Source: an uncultured Limosilactobacillus sp. (GTDB lineage Bacteria; Bacillota; Bacilli; Lactobacillales; Lactobacillaceae). From it: a DNA stretch of 64,000 nucleotides. The stretch covers positions 14,337 through 78,336 of the forward strand of contig CALVGV010000002.1 in assembly GCA_944327195.1 (NCBI GenBank). The letters run 5' to 3'. Under the pieces are notes generated by a model. It had not been told where the DNA came from. It saw only the letters and a list, made by a program, of their open reading frames with translations, and searched no databases. The position numbers were made by a program, and so were the translations under genes. Below are positions 43,527 through 52,167 of the stretch, piece by piece (position 1 is the first letter of the stretch; the number at the start of each line of letters is the position of its first letter).

Positions 43527-43927
43527 TTCAACCGCTCCCTCAATTTCCGATCCGAGTAAAACTTGCGTTGCATGATCCCGTACCAGATCCCGGCCAGGCT
43601 GGCCAGAAAGCCCACGATCGCCACCAGCTGGGTAAGGATGCCGACTAGGCTGGTGCGGTCGCTGACCTGGCTAAAGCCGCCAAAGTTGGCCAGCGCCCAC
43701 AGAATCATCGCCAGGATGGTCAGGTAGCCGTCGAAGCGCCAGTCGGCGATCGCCAGGCCGATGATCACCAGGGCCAGGATCAGCATCGTGGCCACCCGGC
43801 CGAGGACGACCCCGCTCAGCAGGTTGGTCCCTAGCTGGGCGTACATGGCCAGTTCAACGATGATCGTGCACAGGGCCGCCACCGCCGTGGTGCCAATTAC
43901 TTTGCTCCGGTTTTTATTATCTTTCAT
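43523..43927 (-). CDS. Hypothetical 4-TM membrane protein
   Basis: The MKDNKNRSK start at ATG 43927 is preferred over 43972. Four hydrophobic helices. Confidence 0.55.
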   Translation of the reverse strand: MKDNKNRSKVIGTTAVAALCTIIVELAMYAQLGTNLLSGVVLGRVATMLILALVIIGLAIADWRFDGYLTILAMILWALANFGGFSQVSDRTSLVGILTQLVAIVGFLASLAGIWYGIMQRKFYSDRKLRERLK

Positions 43928-44033
43928 GAATCCCCGTTCCTTTTGAAAACCTTTCTTCCCCATTCTACCCAAAGTCCCCGGGAAAGTCCAAGCTGGTTTA
44001 TAATGGAAGAAAACGAAACGAGGGGATCATCAG

Positions 44034-44486
44034 ATGCTGAATAACTCCTACAAAACAATCCTGGTACCGATTGACGGCTCCAAGGCCACCCCGAAGGTAA
44101 TGGCGGCCGCGATCAAGGTTGCCCAACTAAACGACGCCCACCTCGACATCCTAAACGTCGCCCAGGTGAACCAGATCGCCGATGGCTACGCCGACATCCT
44201 GGCCCTGAGCGAGGATCAAACCTTCGACCTGGTTCAGTTGGCCACCCAACGGTTGAACGACCTCAAGGACGAGGCGTTGGCCGCCGGGGTGAAGTCGGCT
44301 GACATCCACATCCGCTTCGGCAACCCCAAGCAGGTGATCGCCCGCGACTTCCCGCTCGATCACCACCCCGACCTGATCGTGATGGGGCGGACCGGGCTGA
44401 CCGCCCTCGAGCGGGTGCTGGTCGGCTCGGTCACCGCCTACGTTGAGCGCTTCGCCCCCTGCGACGTGCTGACGATCCGAATTTGA
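44034..44486 (+). CDS. Universal stress protein (UspA family)
   Basis: 150 aa with ILVPIDGS...GRTGLTALERVLVGSV, the typical Usp ATP-binding C-terminus. Confidence 0.85.
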   Translation: MLNNSYKTILVPIDGSKATPKVMAAAIKVAQLNDAHLDILNVAQVNQIADGYADILALSEDQTFDLVQLATQRLNDLKDEALAAGVKSADIHIRFGNPKQVIARDFPLDHHPDLIVMGRTGLTALERVLVGSVTAYVERFAPCDVLTIRI

Positions 44487-44546
44487 TTTTTCCAAGTTGA
44501 AGAAAGGGGCAAGGTTGCCACCGCCGTGGTTGCCTTGCCCACTTTT

Positions 44547-45071
44547 TTATCCTTGCCAGTGTTGGCGAAGGAACTGCTCCCGGCCGCCGGCCTCTTCCAG
44601 GGCCAGGCGGGCCGGGTTTTTCTTGTAGAAGTCTTGGTGGTAATCCTCGGCTAGGTAGAAGGGCTGGGCGTCCTCGATCGTGGTCACGATCTTGGCATCG
44701 CCAAACTCGCCGCTGGCCTGGAGGGCCGCCTTGGAGGCCTCGGCCACCTGCCGTTGGGCGGCGTCCTTGACAAAGATCACCGGTCGGTAGTTGTCGCCGC
44801 GGTCCTGGAACTGGCCGCTGGCGTCGGTCGGGTCGGTTTGGTGCCAGTAGATCTCCACCAGCTGGGCGTAGGTCACCTTGGCCGGGTCGAAGGTGATCCG
44901 CACCGCCTCGGTGTGCCCGGTCGTCCCGGAGCAGACCTGCTCGTAGGTTGGGTTGGCCACGTGACCCCCGGTGTAACCCGACTCTACCTTTTCGATCCCC
45001 GGATAGGTATCAAAGGGCTTGACCATGCACCAAAAACAACCCCCGGCAAAAATCGCGGTCTCAAGACTCAT
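44547..45071 (-). CDS. msrA: Peptide-methionine (S)-S-oxide reductase MsrA
   Basis: FAGGCFWC active-site motif. 174 aa. Confidence 0.9.
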   Translation of the reverse strand: MSLETAIFAGGCFWCMVKPFDTYPGIEKVESGYTGGHVANPTYEQVCSGTTGHTEAVRITFDPAKVTYAQLVEIYWHQTDPTDASGQFQDRGDNYRPVIFVKDAAQRQVAEASKAALQASGEFGDAKIVTTIEDAQPFYLAEDYHQDFYKKNPARLALEEAGGREQFLRQHWQG

Positions 45072-45152
45072 TCGCGTCCCCTTCTCTCATTTGATTTTAA
45101 TCATAGTTTATTGGGGAATGGCGGCGCCGTCAACCATTTCGCCTGCTAGTGC

Positions 45153-45584
45153 TTAACTCCCGTGCGCATAGCGGTCAAAGCGCGCGTCGATCCCCAGGAG
45201 GTAGAAGAGGTTCTGGTTCTTCTTGCCGATTACCCGCCCCACGTTTCCGAGGCGAAAGACCCAGTAGTCGTCCTCGCACTCTTGGTAGCGCCGGCTCGCG
45301 GAAAAGGCCGGGTGCGTACTGAGGCTAACCGCCGCCTCCGGGAGTTTTTCCAGTCCCTGCCGCTTGTCGTAACCGAGGACCGTCACGATTTCATCCTGGG
45401 ACAACTGGTGGAGCCGTGAGAGGAGCTTCAACCGGACCCGCTGGTTAACCGTCTTGCTCCGGGCGTCGAGGTTGTACTTCGCGTCGCGCGTCAAAAAGGA
45501 GAGGTTGAAAGCAAAATAATCCTGGTGCTGGTGGCGGATCCGCGTCTTTTGGGTTGGTTCGGGAAAGTTGGGGTTAATTTTCAT
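45153..45584 (-). CDS. Uncharacterised 143-aa protein; candidate toxin partner of the Panacea-domain gene
   Basis: ATG 45584 (GGGGAGG 10 nt upstream) overlaps the upstream gene by 11 nt. The C-terminus YWVFRLGNVGRVIGKKNQNLFYLLGIDARFDRYAH has a RelE/HigB-like strand pattern. That resemblance is inference only. Confidence 0.5.
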   Translation of the reverse strand: MKINPNFPEPTQKTRIRHQHQDYFAFNLSFLTRDAKYNLDARSKTVNQRVRLKLLSRLHQLSQDEIVTVLGYDKRQGLEKLPEAAVSLSTHPAFSASRRYQECEDDYWVFRLGNVGRVIGKKNQNLFYLLGIDARFDRYAHGS

Positions 45585-46044
45585 CAAGCACAAACCTCCC
45601 CTGGTAGTAAGAACGAATGGCCTCGTCACTAATCACCCCACTCTGCGGGGTTTCCTTCCACGGCCGCTCGCGGTGGGTTTGGTTCATCAAATCAATCGCC
45701 GAAACGTGACCATAGACATCATACACGCTGTTGAGAAGGTCGCGCAGCTGGGGATCCTGCTGCAATTCCCGGTAGTCCGCCAGGTCCGCGGCGGTGATTT
45801 TGCCAACGATCTCGCGCTGGCCGGCATACTTGGCGTGGACCGCTTCGATTACCGGGCCGTACTTCCAGGCAACAATCCGGTTGTTGAAGAGGCGCTTCCC
45901 GGTCGTTGCCAGACTGGCCGCCTGAAAATAGTACAGCAACTTCATCGCCTTCATCTGGGTCAACACTTCCGCATTCGGGTTGGTCCGAACGTCCGCGTTG
46001 TTTTTAACCCGGAGCCAGTTTACCACCTTAAAGACGTCTACCAT
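45574..46044 (-). CDS. Panacea (DUF4065, SocA/GepA-like) domain protein; putative antitoxin
   Basis: LTQMKAMKLLYYFQAASLATTGKRLFNNRIVAWKYGPVIEAVHAKY matches the DUF4065 core pattern. ATG 46044 lies 6 nt after AGGAGGAG, and the track start at 46110 is rejected. Confidence 0.65.
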   Translation of the reverse strand: MVDVFKVVNWLRVKNNADVRTNPNAEVLTQMKAMKLLYYFQAASLATTGKRLFNNRIVAWKYGPVIEAVHAKYAGQREIVGKITAADLADYRELQQDPQLRDLLNSVYDVYGHVSAIDLMNQTHRERPWKETPQSGVISDEAIRSYYQGRFVLDEN

Positions 46045-46186
46045 GCCGATCTCCTCCTTACTACATTCACCGCTACCCTTCTTAATCAATTCTTGCCACC
46101 ATTTTATCATAGATATTCCCTAAATTCCAGTTAATTCGAAAATAAGTTTCCTTTAAAGGGTAATAAATTATATTTGTTCGCCGTTA

Positions 46187-46744
46187 TCACTCCGCTAGCA
46201 TCCGGTTCAAAGTCGCCCGCAGGTCGGCCACCTCCCCGGGGGTCAGGAAGCGGCCGCGGATGAGGCTGGCGCGGAAGATCTGGGCAAAGAGGCCGGTGAT
46301 CGCCTGGATCACCACCGGCGAGCTGGCCGGCAGGAGGGTCGCCAGCCGGCTGGCGGCGTAGTCCTGGCAGCGCTGGGCCAGTCCCTGGCGGTCGTACTGG
46401 ATGTCCAGCAGGGTCAAGAGGCGCCGGCGGTTGGTCCCGCTGAGAAAGGCCGCCTGCTCCTGTTGTTCCAGGAAGTGGCGAAAGACCGCCGGCGACGCCC
46501 CGCTGGTGAAGGCCGTGAAGCGGCGGTCGAAGAACTCGGTCAGCTGGGCGAAGGTCGTTGCCACCAGTTGGTCGGTCAGTTCGTACTTGTCGTGGTAGTA
46601 GTTGTAAAAGGTCTGGCGGTTGATCAGCGCCCGGTCGGCAATCGCTTGGACGGTCACCGCCCGAAAGCCCCGCTCCTGCACCAGGTCCAAAAAGGCCGCC
46701 TGGATCAGCCGCTCCATCCGCGCCTGCCGCTTTGTCTCTGCCAT
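46187..46744 (-). CDS. TetR/AcrR family transcriptional regulator
   Basis: TetR HTH (VTVQAIADRALINRQTFYNYY). Divergent from the HXXEE membrane protein gene. Confidence 0.85.
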   Translation of the reverse strand: MAETKRQARMERLIQAAFLDLVQERGFRAVTVQAIADRALINRQTFYNYYHDKYELTDQLVATTFAQLTEFFDRRFTAFTSGASPAVFRHFLEQQEQAAFLSGTNRRRLLTLLDIQYDRQGLAQRCQDYAASRLATLLPASSPVVIQAITGLFAQIFRASLIRGRFLTPGEVADLRATLNRMLAE

Positions 46745-46861
46745 CTTTTCTGCTCCTTTTTCCGACAGCTGTCGTTTTAATTGTCGATCGTCACCTCATT
46801 GTAGTGCTCCGCCGGACCCGCGGCAAGGATAATAAGGGAAAAGAAGAAAGGAGTGAGTGCA

Positions 46862-47527
46862 ATGAAATGGTTTCAACGGTACTGGTACGACCTCGGCCTC
46901 GGCGCCCTCGTGGTGGTCGCGCTCGTGATGGTCCTGACCTGGCGACGCAGTTCGACCCTGGAAAAGCTGGCCCTGGCCAACTTGGGAGCAATCCTCTGGC
47001 ACCAGTTTGAGGAGTACCACTTTCCGGGCGGCGAGCCGGCGATCATGAACCTGGCGATGAACTACCAGGAGGGGGGCCAGCACGACCGCGCCCCGCTCAA
47101 CCAGAAGAACGCGATGGTGATCAACGTTGGCGGCGACCTCTTCTACCTGCTGCCCTGCCTCTTCCCGCGGGTGGGCTGGCTGGCCTTCGCCCCGGTGGCC
47201 TTCGGCCTGGCCCAGGTGATCGGCCACGTGGTCGTGACCCCGAAGCTGGTCGGCAACCACTTCTACACCCCGGGTGCCCTGGCCACCGTCTGCGGCCACC
47301 TGCCAATCGGAATTGCCTGGTTTACGGTCACCATCAAGGATGGGCTGCTGGACTGGGGCAACGCCCTCGGCGGCCTGGTTTACCTAGTCTGCTTCATCGG
47401 CCTCTTCATGCGCAAGTTCGGCTACGAACACCTGGCTTCCACCGCGGACCAAGATGCCTTTGGCGAGGACGAGTTTGAACGCGGCGGCTACGCGGCGCGG
47501 ATCCGTCTCTTGAAGCAAGAAAACTAG
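46862..47527 (+). CDS. HXXEE domain-containing membrane protein
   Basis: Contains HQFEEYHFPGG (the HXXEE motif) and several TM helices. ATG 46862 lies 8 nt after GGAG. Confidence 0.65.
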   Translation: MKWFQRYWYDLGLGALVVVALVMVLTWRRSSTLEKLALANLGAILWHQFEEYHFPGGEPAIMNLAMNYQEGGQHDRAPLNQKNAMVINVGGDLFYLLPCLFPRVGWLAFAPVAFGLAQVIGHVVVTPKLVGNHFYTPGALATVCGHLPIGIAWFTVTIKDGLLDWGNALGGLVYLVCFIGLFMRKFGYEHLASTADQDAFGEDEFERGGYAARIRLLKQEN

Positions 47528-47545
47528 TTGGCGGTAGCCCAAAAA

Positions 47546-47576
47546 AGCCCCCGGCGCAATTGCCGGAGGCTTTTTC
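47546..47576. terminator. Bidirectional intrinsic terminator (HXXEE gene / xpk)
   Basis: AAAAAAGCCCCCGGC-N6-GCCGGAGGCTTTTTC. Confidence 0.7.
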
Positions 47577-47608
47577 GTACTTAATTTATGACGCGTTTGT
47601 CGTAGTTA

Positions 47609-50008
47609 TTACTTGAGGCCCTTCCAGGTCCAGTCCTTAACTTCCGGCATGTCATCGCCGTAAGTCCGGATGTAGTGGTTGTGCTTTGCAACCATGTCGT
47701 CCATCTTTTGGGCGAAGGCGGCACCCTTTTGTTCGTAACCAGCCACGCTCAGGATTGCGTCCTTGGCAAGGTGGTAACGGTCAAGTTCGTTCAGTACCCG
47801 CATGTCGAACGGCGTGGTGATGTCCCCGTTTTCGATGTAGCTGTGGATGTGAACGTTGCGGTTGTGCCGTGGGAAGAAGAGGCTTTGCATCATGTCACGG
47901 AAGCCGTGCCATGCGAAGATAACCGGCTTGTCAGCGGTGAAGTAACGGTCGAATTCTTCGTCGGACAGCCCTTCTGGGTTCTTGTCCAGCGTCATCATCT
48001 TCATTACGTCAACCACGTTCAGAACACGGATCTTCAGTTCTGGGAAGGCGTCGTGCAGCAGGTCAGCAGCAGCGAAGACTTCTTCAGTCGGTTCCGTCCC
48101 GGAAGCAGCCAGCACAACGTCTGGTTCTGCGCCTTGGTCAGTGGATGCCCAGTCGATGTAGCCGAGGCCGTTTGCAACCAGTTCAGTTGCTTCGTCGATG
48201 GAGAACCATTGTACCCGTGGGTGCTTGGAAGTTACCAGCACGTTGATCTTTTCCTTTTCACGGAAGATCTTGTCGGAAACAGCCAACAGGGTGTTGGTGT
48301 CGGCCGGCAGGTATTCACCGATCATGTCTGGGCGTTCCTTTTCGTAAAGGTGCGTCAGCAGACCTGGGTCTTGGTGAGTGTAACCGTTGTGGTCTTGTTG
48401 GAAGACCGTGGAAGTGTCCACGAAGGTCAATGCCGGGTAGTCGTTCCGCCAGTATTGTTCCTTGGCCTTGCGCATCCACTTCATGTGTTGGGTCAGCATC
48501 GAGTCAACCACGCGCCCGAAGGATTCGTAGGTTGCGAAGTAACCGTGACGACCAGTCAGAGTGTACCCTTCAAGGAACCCTTCTGCTTGGTGTTCGGACA
48601 GTTGCGAGTCGATGATCCGGCCGTTTACGGACAGGTCTTCGTCGTTCGGTTCGTGAACGGAAGCCGTCCAAGTCCGCTTTGCGTCGTCAAGGGCAGCGTA
48701 AAGACGGTTGGACTTGGATTCGTCCGGCCCGAAGCCGCGGAAGTTGTTCGGGTTAAGTTCCATCATCTTGGCGATGTACTTACCCCATTCGATCATGTCT
48801 TGGTGCTTTTCCGTGCCGTGGTTCTTCACGTCAACGGCAAAGTCACGGTAGTTTGGCATCCGGAGAGCCTTTTGGTTAGCCCCACCGTTGGTTTCTGGGT
48901 TGATTGCCATCCGCATTTCAGCGGCCGGAACGTTTGCCCGAACGGCGTCAACCGGGTAGCCGTTTTCGTCGAAGAGTTCTTCCGGCTTGTAGGACTTCAT
49001 CCAGTCAACCAGCATGTCCTTGTGTTCCATGGCGTCTTGTGCCACCGGAATCGGAATTTGGTGTGCCCGGAAGGAGTTTTCGATCGGGTTACCGTCGAGG
49101 TCCTTGGTTGGGCCAGTCCAGCCCTTCGGTACCCGGAAGACGATAACTGGCCAGCGAGCCATCGAACCATCGTTGTTTTCGCGAGCAGTCTTTTGGATGC
49201 TCTTGATTTCTTCGATGGCTTCGTCCATTACCTTAGCCATTTCTTCGTGGACTTCCATGTGGTCCTTGAGGCCATCGAATTCGCCGTCCTTGTATGCGGA
49301 GACGAAGTATGGCTTCCAGCCAAGCCCTTCGAAGTACTTAGTAACTTCTTCGTTGCTCATCCGCGAGATCATCGTCGGGTTGGAAATCTTGAACCCGTTA
49401 ACTTGAACGATCGGCAGAACGGCCCCGTCAGTAACCGGGTTGATGAAGCGGTTGGAGAACCAGGAAGCGGCCAGCGGGCCAGTTTCGAATTCCCCGTCCC
49501 CGATTTCAACGGCAGCGATTTGGTCTGGGTTGTCGAGGATTGCCCCAACCCCGTGGGACAATGCGTAACCCAGTTCCCCACCTTCGTGAAGGGAGCCCGG
49601 CGTTTCCGGAGCGGCGTGGGAAGCAGTCCCACCTGGGAAGGAGAAGTGCTTGAACAGCTTTGCCATCCCGGCTTCGTCTTGGGTGATTTCTGGGTAGATT
49701 TCAGTGTAGGAGCCGTCAAGGTAAGAGTTGTTAACCATGACTTGGCCACCGTGACCGGAACCTTCGATGTAGAACATCTTCACGCCGTACTTCTTGATAA
49801 CCCGGTTCAAGTGGGCGTAAATGAAGTTTTGCGGAACGATCGTCCCCCAGTGACCAATCGGCTTCGGCTTAACGTCTTCTGCCTTCAGTTCCCGCCGCAG
49901 GAGAGGGTTGTGCATCAAGAACAACGTCCCAACGGAGAGGTAGTTAGCAGCACGCCAGTAAGCATCAACATTTTCCAAGTAAGCCTTGGAGTCGTAATCT
50001 ACTGCCAT
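47609..50008 (-). CDS. xpk: Xylulose-5-phosphate/fructose-6-phosphate phosphoketolase
   Basis: 799 aa. XFP-family N-terminus [27 protein letters not shown]...IGHWGT and EGSGHGG. Confidence 0.9.
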   Translation of the reverse strand: MAVDYDSKAYLENVDAYWRAANYLSVGTLFLMHNPLLRRELKAEDVKPKPIGHWGTIVPQNFIYAHLNRVIKKYGVKMFYIEGSGHGGQVMVNNSYLDGSYTEIYPEITQDEAGMAKLFKHFSFPGGTASHAAPETPGSLHEGGELGYALSHGVGAILDNPDQIAAVEIGDGEFETGPLAASWFSNRFINPVTDGAVLPIVQVNGFKISNPTMISRMSNEEVTKYFEGLGWKPYFVSAYKDGEFDGLKDHMEVHEEMAKVMDEAIEEIKSIQKTARENNDGSMARWPVIVFRVPKGWTGPTKDLDGNPIENSFRAHQIPIPVAQDAMEHKDMLVDWMKSYKPEELFDENGYPVDAVRANVPAAEMRMAINPETNGGANQKALRMPNYRDFAVDVKNHGTEKHQDMIEWGKYIAKMMELNPNNFRGFGPDESKSNRLYAALDDAKRTWTASVHEPNDEDLSVNGRIIDSQLSEHQAEGFLEGYTLTGRHGYFATYESFGRVVDSMLTQHMKWMRKAKEQYWRNDYPALTFVDTSTVFQQDHNGYTHQDPGLLTHLYEKERPDMIGEYLPADTNTLLAVSDKIFREKEKINVLVTSKHPRVQWFSIDEATELVANGLGYIDWASTDQGAEPDVVLAASGTEPTEEVFAAADLLHDAFPELKIRVLNVVDVMKMMTLDKNPEGLSDEEFDRYFTADKPVIFAWHGFRDMMQSLFFPRHNRNVHIHSYIENGDITTPFDMRVLNELDRYHLAKDAILSVAGYEQKGAAFAQKMDDMVAKHNHYIRTYGDDMPEVKDWTWKGLK

Positions 50009-50086
50009 TTAATGTACACTCCTTTAAAAGTATAACTACGATTGACATCTAAACGCATCGTAAATCGGAATCAATTTACGTCTATC

Positions 50087-50114
50087 ATGATAAAGCATTT
50101 CGGCGAAAAGTCAA
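50087..50114 (-). promoter_or_regulatory. Putative xpk promoter
   Basis: Minus strand TTGACT, 16 nt, TATCAT. Lies about 80 nt upstream of the ATG. Confidence 0.45.
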
Positions 50115-50345
50115 CCTTTTTAAAAATTGATACGGTCCAATTTATAAAGGCCGCTAAATCCCCGCCGTATTAGGGATTATCACCGTTCGCCGCTCCGCTG
50201 TCCACCCCCGCCGGCGGGAATTTAAGCGGATTTTTAGAATTCAAGCCCGCCTTAGAAAGCCCTTCCTTCATATTTTACCAGGACCCCGCTGACGACCAAA
50301 GCAAAACGCCCCCGCCCGCTTCGGGCAGGAGGCGTTCGCCAAGAA

Positions 50346-51332
50346 TCAGTTGTGGTCGGTGTCCAGCACCTGGCGGCAGCTTTCGCCCGGGAACATGAAC
50401 TCGTAGATCAGCTTGCCCTGGCGCTCAACCACCTGGTCGCCGTCGTCGATCCGCAGGGTTCCCGTCCCGTAGTAGCGGGAGTAGGAGAGGTTGCCGACCC
50501 CGTTGTGGCGGGCAACCTGCTTGAAGATGAAGGGGATCTTCTTGATGCCCTGGGCATCGAGGATTTCCTCCTCGGCCAGCGAGTAGGTGACCTGCTTGCC
50601 GTCGCTTTCCAGCTCGTAGCGCAGGGCCTTCGGGTAGTCCTTGCCGCTCAGCTCGTCCTGGTAGAAGCCGCTGACCGTGCACTTGACCGCCTGGCGGTTC
50701 TCGAAGACCAGCTTCCCGGCGGCGTCCTCGATGAACATGATCGGGAAGCGCTGGTAGCCGTCCTTTTCGGCGGCGATCAGGTCGAAGAGGAGGACCGTGT
50801 AGTCATCAAACCGCTGCCGGGCCCACAGCCAGTTGTTCCACTCGGTCATGTAGAAGTGGTTTCCCCACTGGTGGTCGTGGTAGCCGCTCCCCGGCCGGTA
50901 GGGGGTCGTCCGGCTGGTCAGGGTCAAGTCGGCGCCGAGGCCGTTGACCGGGGCCACGTGGATCCGGTACTGCTTGAGGTCGCCGACGAAGGAATTGTCG
51001 CCGAGGTGGACGTCGCACTGGTCCTTGCCGAAGGTACAGTCAGCCACCTTGACCGAGACGTCCTCCTGGTGGAGCTTGCCGTCGGGAGTCGTCACCTTGA
51101 TCGTCAGCGAGGGGTGGTCGCCGTGCTTCTTGATGCTCTTGCCGGGGCGGATGAAGAACTGGATCACCGCTTTGGTGCCGTCATCAAGCACCGAGTCGAA
51201 GTACCACCACTCCCAGTTGCCGGGTTCCTGGTGCCAGTTGCGGCGCCCGTCCTCCCAGGACTCGATTTGGGTGGGGTTGACGCCGAGCCGCTGGTAGTCG
51301 GCCGGGGTGTCGAGCAGTCTTACGCTTGCCAT
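50346..51332 (-). CDS. Lipocalin-like (CrtC/AttH-type) domain protein, paralog 2
   Basis: MASVRLLDTPADYQRLGVNPTQIESWEDG aligns with paralog 1 and carries WWYFDS and YHDHQWGN. ATG 51332 lies behind AAGGAGG and is preferred over the track start at 51368. It lacks about 35 aa present in paralog 1 just before YHDHQW. Confidence 0.65.
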   Translation of the reverse strand: MASVRLLDTPADYQRLGVNPTQIESWEDGRRNWHQEPGNWEWWYFDSVLDDGTKAVIQFFIRPGKSIKKHGDHPSLTIKVTTPDGKLHQEDVSVKVADCTFGKDQCDVHLGDNSFVGDLKQYRIHVAPVNGLGADLTLTSRTTPYRPGSGYHDHQWGNHFYMTEWNNWLWARQRFDDYTVLLFDLIAAEKDGYQRFPIMFIEDAAGKLVFENRQAVKCTVSGFYQDELSGKDYPKALRYELESDGKQVTYSLAEEEILDAQGIKKIPFIFKQVARHNGVGNLSYSRYYGTGTLRIDDGDQVVERQGKLIYEFMFPGESCRQVLDTDHN

Positions 51333-51357
51333 GAGTGCTTCCTCCTTTGCTTGTAAG

Positions 51358-51377
51358 TTAATTGACATTTGTTACGG
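51358..51377 (-). promoter_or_regulatory. Bipartite operator-like motif (TTAATTGACA + TTTGTTACGG) in the 5' leader of paralog 2
   Basis: Lies just downstream of a minus-strand promoter TTGATG-17-TAGAAT (51409-51381). Confidence 0.45.
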
Positions 51378-51434
51378 ATAATTCTAGGCTTGCCTTAGCC
51401 CACCATCAATGACCACCGGCGGGACTTGTGTCAC

Positions 51435-51464
51435 TTTATTGACACTTTTGCCCGTTTTGTTACG
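51435..51464. promoter_or_regulatory. Split copy of the motif (TTTATTGACA-N11-TTTGTTACG) immediately upstream of tetR
   Basis: Ends 17 nt before the tetR ATG at 51482. Confidence 0.4.
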
Positions 51465-51481
51465 CCTGAGGAGGAAGCTTT

Positions 51482-52030
51482 ATGAACCTGCGAACCGAAA
51501 AAGTCTACGACGCCCTGACCACCGCCTTCGAGGAGCTGCTGACCGAAAAGTCCTTTGACCAGATCACCGTCACCGAGCTCTGCCAACGGGCCCGCACCCG
51601 GCGGGCCACCTTCTACAACCATTTCGCCGACAAGTACGCCTTCTTTCAGTTTATGATGAGGCGGCTGCGCGACCAGCTCTTCGCCGAGGCCAACCTCCCG
51701 AAGGTCCCGGCGGCGACGCCGGAGAGCCTCCACGCCCTCGTCGACGTGATCCTCTCCTTTGCCGAGCAGCACCGCCAGCTGGCCCTCTCGATCAAGAACA
51801 GCCCGCTGGCCGAGCAGATGCAGTTTTCGCTGACCAGCGAGTCGCTGGGCGAGTACGAACACCGCCTCGCCCTTGACGACCGGCTGACCGTCCTCTTCTT
51901 GCTCGGCGGGATCAACCAGTGCGGCCGCTGGTGGCTGTCCAACCCGAACGCCGTCACCCCAGAGGAGATGCGCCAGCGGCTCTACGCCCTAGTCGACCGG
52001 CTGGTGGACCAGGAGCGGGCCGAAAAGTGA
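51482..52030 (+). CDS. TetR/AcrR family transcriptional regulator
   Basis: TetR HTH (ITVTELCQRARTRRATFYNHF), closely resembling the HTH of the TetR at 39996-40565. Divergent from paralog 2. Confidence 0.85.
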   Translation: MNLRTEKVYDALTTAFEELLTEKSFDQITVTELCQRARTRRATFYNHFADKYAFFQFMMRRLRDQLFAEANLPKVPAATPESLHALVDVILSFAEQHRQLALSIKNSPLAEQMQFSLTSESLGEYEHRLALDDRLTVLFLLGGINQCGRWWLSNPNAVTPEEMRQRLYALVDRLVDQERAEK

Positions 52031-52036
52031 AAAGCA

Positions 52037-52065
52037 TTGACCCCGCCGCCACTCTCCCCTATAAT
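52037..52065 (+). promoter_or_regulatory. Near-consensus sigma-70 promoter
   Basis: TTGACC, 17 nt, TATAAT. Confidence 0.6.
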
Positions 52066-52103
52066 GGCCCCAAGAAGAACCGCTCAAGATAAGCAGCGAG
52101 GGT

Positions 52104-52147
52104 AAAAGCTGGAAAAGGTCCCGTTCGGGCCTCTTCCAGCTTTTTTT
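52104..52147 (+). terminator. Strong intrinsic terminator between the promoter and the B3/4 gene
   Basis: AAAAGCTGGAA..GGTCCCGTTCGGGCC..TTCCAGC followed by TTTTTTT. Confidence 0.7.
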
Positions 52148-52167
52148 AACTTAAAGGAGGAATCACG

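Noticed and set aside
47675-50035. 786-aa ORF antisense to xpk, and similar long shadow ORFs: 16801-18579, 5108-6214, 14906-16099, 40080-41489, 22025-23068, 55868-56740 and 63257-64000
   Set aside because: They lie opposite genes with unmistakable family motifs. Their translations are Arg/Gly/Pro/His/Val-rich low-complexity strings typical of antisense frames in GC3-rich genes. They also lack Shine-Dalgarno sequences.
50084-50100. cre (CcpA) site in the xpk promoter (TGATAAAGCATTTC), and a similar candidate TGTATTCGCTTCCA before manX (about 31988-32001)
   Set aside because: The xpk candidate has 4 or more mismatches to TGWNANCGNTNWCA, including the central CG context. The manX candidate has 2 mismatches. 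Both are too weak to call without a scoring matrix.
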